Source: Candidatus Bathyarchaeota archaeon | GTDB taxonomy: Archaea > Thermoproteota > Bathyarchaeia > Bathyarchaeales > Bathycorpusculaceae | Direction: 5' to 3' | Assembly (NCBI GenBank): GCA_963775895.1 | Contig: CAVZKL010000010.1 | Span: 1 to 64,000, forward strand | Length of the DNA: 64,000 nt | Part shown: positions 61,253 through 64,000 of the stretch, in pieces | How positions within the stretch are numbered: position 1 is the stretch's first letter | Layout of the letters: each line of letters starts with the position of its first letter | Program-made: the position numbers and the translations under genes | Notes under the pieces: model-generated | The model's database searches: none | What the model saw: only the letters and a program-made list of their open reading frames with translations | What the model was told of the DNA's origin: nothing

Positions 61253-61861
61253 GTGTCTTCAAAGACCAAGCGCGTTCGCGATAAGTGGCGAGGAAAAGCA
61301 TGGTACATGGTGCTGTCTCCACCTTATTTCGGAAGCGTCGAATTGGGATCCGTGCCAGCGGAAGAGCCTGAGAAGCTGGTTGGAAGAGTGGTTGATTCGA
61401 CACTTTATGACATTACGAATGATTTTGCTCACCAGTACTTGAAGATGCGTTTCCAGATAAACGAAGTCGATGGTAAGACTGCGAAGACGATGTTTAAGGG
61501 GCATGAGTATTCAAGAGATTATCTGCGCAGTCTCGTTCGGAGAAGGACGACGAAGGTTGACGGTCTTTTCGGCGTCATGACGAAAGACGGGTTCACGCTG
61601 AGAGTGGCCGTGAGTGCTTTCACGCTTTCGAGAATAAAGACTTCGCAGGAAAAAGTCGTGCGCGCGATCATGAACAGAATCATTAAGGAAAAAGCTGCGG
61701 CACTGACTATGGATCAGTTTGCGCAGGAGATGGTTCTCGGAAAGATCGCGTCGGACATATACAACGAAGCGAAGAAGATTGCTCCTTTGAGGCACGTTGG
61801 GATTCGGGGTTCCAAGGTTGTGACACAGGCGTCGCAGCTGCAGGCTCCAGAGGCTGCCTAG
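61253..61861 (+). CDS. rps3ae: 30S ribosomal protein S3Ae
   Basis: DKWRGKAWY, RDYLRSLVRRRTTKVD, KKIAPLR. Confidence 0.96.
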   Translation: MSSKTKRVRDKWRGKAWYMVLSPPYFGSVELGSVPAEEPEKLVGRVVDSTLYDITNDFAHQYLKMRFQINEVDGKTAKTMFKGHEYSRDYLRSLVRRRTTKVDGLFGVMTKDGFTLRVAVSAFTLSRIKTSQEKVVRAIMNRIIKEKAAALTMDQFAQEMVLGKIASDIYNEAKKIAPLRHVGIRGSKVVTQASQLQAPEAA

Positions 61862-61864
61862 TTT

Positions 61865-62407
61865 TTAGGCTTTGAGGTTTTTCCCGTACTCAAACCCTTT
61901 TTCAAAAGCAGTCAAGTTTAGTTCTTCTGTACCCTTCGGTATGTTCTCCTTGATTGATTCTTTTATGGAGTCTTCGTCCAGAAGTTTTGTTATGGAGACG
62001 AAAGCGCCGAGCATGACGATGTTTGCAACTATTCTCCTGCCCAGTTGATCCGCGATCTTTGTGGCTGGCACTCGATAGACCTTCACGTTCTCCAGTTTCT
62101 TTTCCTTGGGTATCATTTCGGAATCTATGATCAATGTTCCGCCCCGTTTGATGTCATCTGCGTACTCGTTGTAAGCCTGTTGAGACATGACTACAAGCAC
62201 GTCGGGTTGAACAACCTTCGGGAAGTCTATTTCTGCGTCAGAAATCACGACTTCAGACTTGCAGGCGCCTCCCCTCGATTCAGGACCATAAGATTGTGTT
62301 TGCACCGAATTTTTTCCTGCGTGTATCGATGCCGCGGCGGCTACTATGATTCCTGACTTGATTATGCCTTGTCCGCCGAAGCCTGCGAACCTGACCTCGA
62401 TTCTCAT
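61865..62407 (-). CDS. korC: 2-oxoacid:ferredoxin oxidoreductase gamma subunit
   Basis: AGFGGQG, SYGPESRGG, NIVMLGA. Confidence 0.9.
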   Translation of the reverse strand: MRIEVRFAGFGGQGIIKSGIIVAAAASIHAGKNSVQTQSYGPESRGGACKSEVVISDAEIDFPKVVQPDVLVVMSQQAYNEYADDIKRGGTLIIDSEMIPKEKKLENVKVYRVPATKIADQLGRRIVANIVMLGAFVSITKLLDEDSIKESIKENIPKGTEELNLTAFEKGFEYGKNLKA

Positions 62408-62408
62408 T

Positions 62409-63254
62409 TCAGCTCACCTTTTCAATCGCTTTTTCGTTGATCTTCGATATTTTCTCATGGAGCAGCTTCTCATAGCTGAGCTTCTCGATGTCCACGAACT
62501 CGCCGACCGGTATTTTGTCGGCGCCTATTTCGGCTTTCGCGGGGTCTGAGAAGTTTTCAACCACGGATGCCCTCTTGAACCAGCTCATCATTTCAAGTCC
62601 CGAGCGCATCTTGTTGTGGCGGCCGTAGATTTCTGGACACTGCGTGAGCACTTCGACGAAGCAGAACCCTTCCTTCTGCATCATCTTTTTGATCGACTGC
62701 GTCAACCTTCGCACGTGCAGCGTGGTCCATCTGGCTACGTAGGTGGAACCTGAAGCAGCTGCCAGGTGCACGAGGTTGAAGGGGTGTTCGATGTTTCCGT
62801 AGGGACTCGTGGCGGTCAATGCTTCAAGCGGCGTCGTTGGGCCCTGCTGCCCTCCGGTCATGCCGTAGTTGAGGTTGTTGGCGCAGAGGACCTTTATTCC
62901 CATGTTTCTTCGTGCCGCGTGTATGAAGTGGTTTCCTCCTATCGCAAAGAGGTCACCGTCACCGCTTATGACCACAACTTCCAGTTCAGGGTTCGCCAGT
63001 TTCACTCCGGTGGCGAACGCCAACGCTCTTCCGTGCGTGGTGTGGAACGAGTCTGCGTTTACGTATCCTGCTGTTCTTCCGATGCATCCGATTCCTGAGA
63101 CTACGACGAGCTTGTCTAAGTCAAACTTCAACTCGTCTAGGGCATGGGTGAAACAGTTGAGCACGATTCCGTTGCCGCAACCGGGGCACCAGATGTGGGG
63201 GATCACGTCGGCTCTTAGATACTTTGAAAACGGGTGTACTGTTTCCAGCGTCAT
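62409..63254 (-). CDS. korB: 2-oxoacid:ferredoxin oxidoreductase beta subunit
   Basis: WCPGCG, SGIGC, GDGD, YGMTGGQ. Confidence 0.92.
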   Translation of the reverse strand: MTLETVHPFSKYLRADVIPHIWCPGCGNGIVLNCFTHALDELKFDLDKLVVVSGIGCIGRTAGYVNADSFHTTHGRALAFATGVKLANPELEVVVISGDGDLFAIGGNHFIHAARRNMGIKVLCANNLNYGMTGGQQGPTTPLEALTATSPYGNIEHPFNLVHLAAASGSTYVARWTTLHVRRLTQSIKKMMQKEGFCFVEVLTQCPEIYGRHNKMRSGLEMMSWFKRASVVENFSDPAKAEIGADKIPVGEFVDIEKLSYEKLLHEKISKINEKAIEKVS

Positions 63255-64000
63255 TTAGCCGAGCCTCCTTATTCCTTCAAGGATCTCCATCGGTGTGTGC
63301 GGCTCCTCTCCGAGTTTGGAGAGAAAAGTCACTGGAGTCTCTTTTGCCACTCTCTCCACTTCTCGGACCAGTTGTCCGCAGTTCATTTCAGGGACGAGGA
63401 TTCCGTGAACTTGTTTTGCGACTTTTGCCACGTTCTCGTCTGGGAATGGCCAGATCGTGATCAACCTTAACAATCCTGCTTTGATTCCGTTTTCTCTTGC
63501 TTTTCTCACAGCGCTCAGTGCAGCACGGGCGACTATTCCGTAGGCGACGACCGCGACTTCCGCGTCGTCGAGCATGATCTCTTCAATCCTGATGATTTTG
63601 TTGGCGTTGTTCTGGATTTTTTGGCAGAGTCGATTGACAAGTTCGGACTGGACTCGAGAGCTCGAAGTCTTGGGATAACCGTTTTCGTCATGCGTTAAGC
63701 CTGTAGCATGGAAATGGTATCCCTCTCCGAAGCACGCCATAGGCGGAACCAGATCGGCATCGGGTTTGAAGGCTTTGTATTCTTCAGGAAGAACTTGAGG
63801 TTTTTTGCGGTTGATTATCTTGACTTTGTCCATGGGGGGGATCACGACTTTTTCCCACATGTGGCCAACGATTTCGTCTGCCATGAGCAGAGTGGGAACG
63901 CGGTAGGTTTCGCTGAGGTTGAAGGCTTCTATCGTCAGGTTGAACATCTCTTGCACGGAGGATGGGGTTAACGCTATGATTCCGTAGTCTCCGTGAGAGC
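63255..64000 (-). CDS. korA: 2-oxoacid:ferredoxin oxidoreductase alpha subunit (5' end outside window)
   Basis: AFNLSE.YRVP, TGLTHDE.G, WPFP, VPEMN.GQ. Confidence 0.9.
   Translation of the reverse strand, partial: SHGDYGIIALTPSSVQEMFNLTIEAFNLSETYRVPTLLMADEIVGHMWEKVVIPPMDKVKIINRKKPQVLPEEYKAFKPDADLVPPMACFGEGYHFHATGLTHDENGYPKTSSSRVQSELVNRLCQKIQNNANKIIRIEEIMLDDAEVAVVAYGIVARAALSAVRKARENGIKAGLLRLITIWPFPDENVAKVAKQVHGILVPEMNCGQLVREVERVAKETPVTFLSKLGEEPHTPMEILEGIRRLG

Noticed and set aside
11643-61666. (GC)n runs at 11643, 12069, 23208, 57233, 59491 and 61660 as cassette junctions
   Set aside because: They lie well inside intact conserved coding sequence (Arg/Ala codons) and are treated as background.
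5934-63971. Numerous long antisense or overlapping ORFs (e.g. 6562-7110, 18584-19258, 39611-40309, 52952-53596)
   Set aside because: They are shadows of well-supported genes on the opposite strand, with no motifs of their own.

Overview
64-kb archaeal chromosomal window, most likely Bathyarchaeia (inferred from gene content and order). It contains conserved blocks: moeA x2, endonuclease IV, a type IV pilus (Tad-like) operon, an ECF transporter, the exosome/proteasome superoperon, fprA-hemerythrin, carAB, rpiA, RPA, hsp20, a roadblock/pilin cluster, serS, rps3ae and a 2-oxoacid:ferredoxin oxidoreductase. There are three tRNAs: Leu-TAG, Thr-GGT and Met-CAT with a non-canonical 45/46 intron. Many genes, including housekeeping ones, carry single-base indels, which looks like long-read assembly error. 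The main finding concerns two accessory regions (about 3.5-5.6 kb and 41.3-53.3 kb) plus a small patch at 35.1-37.0 kb. They are built from single-gene and short non-coding modules joined at the palindrome GCGCGCGC (often (T)AGCGCGCGCT(A), sometimes overlapping stop codons). Three families of repeated non-coding mini-modules (a TATA-like promoter unit, a GTTTGG..AAAACTTTACCC dyad and a CTCCTGCAAACAAT unit) also sit between or beside these sites. This resembles an integron-like gene-cassette system that lacks attC sites. No recombinase is visible in the window.
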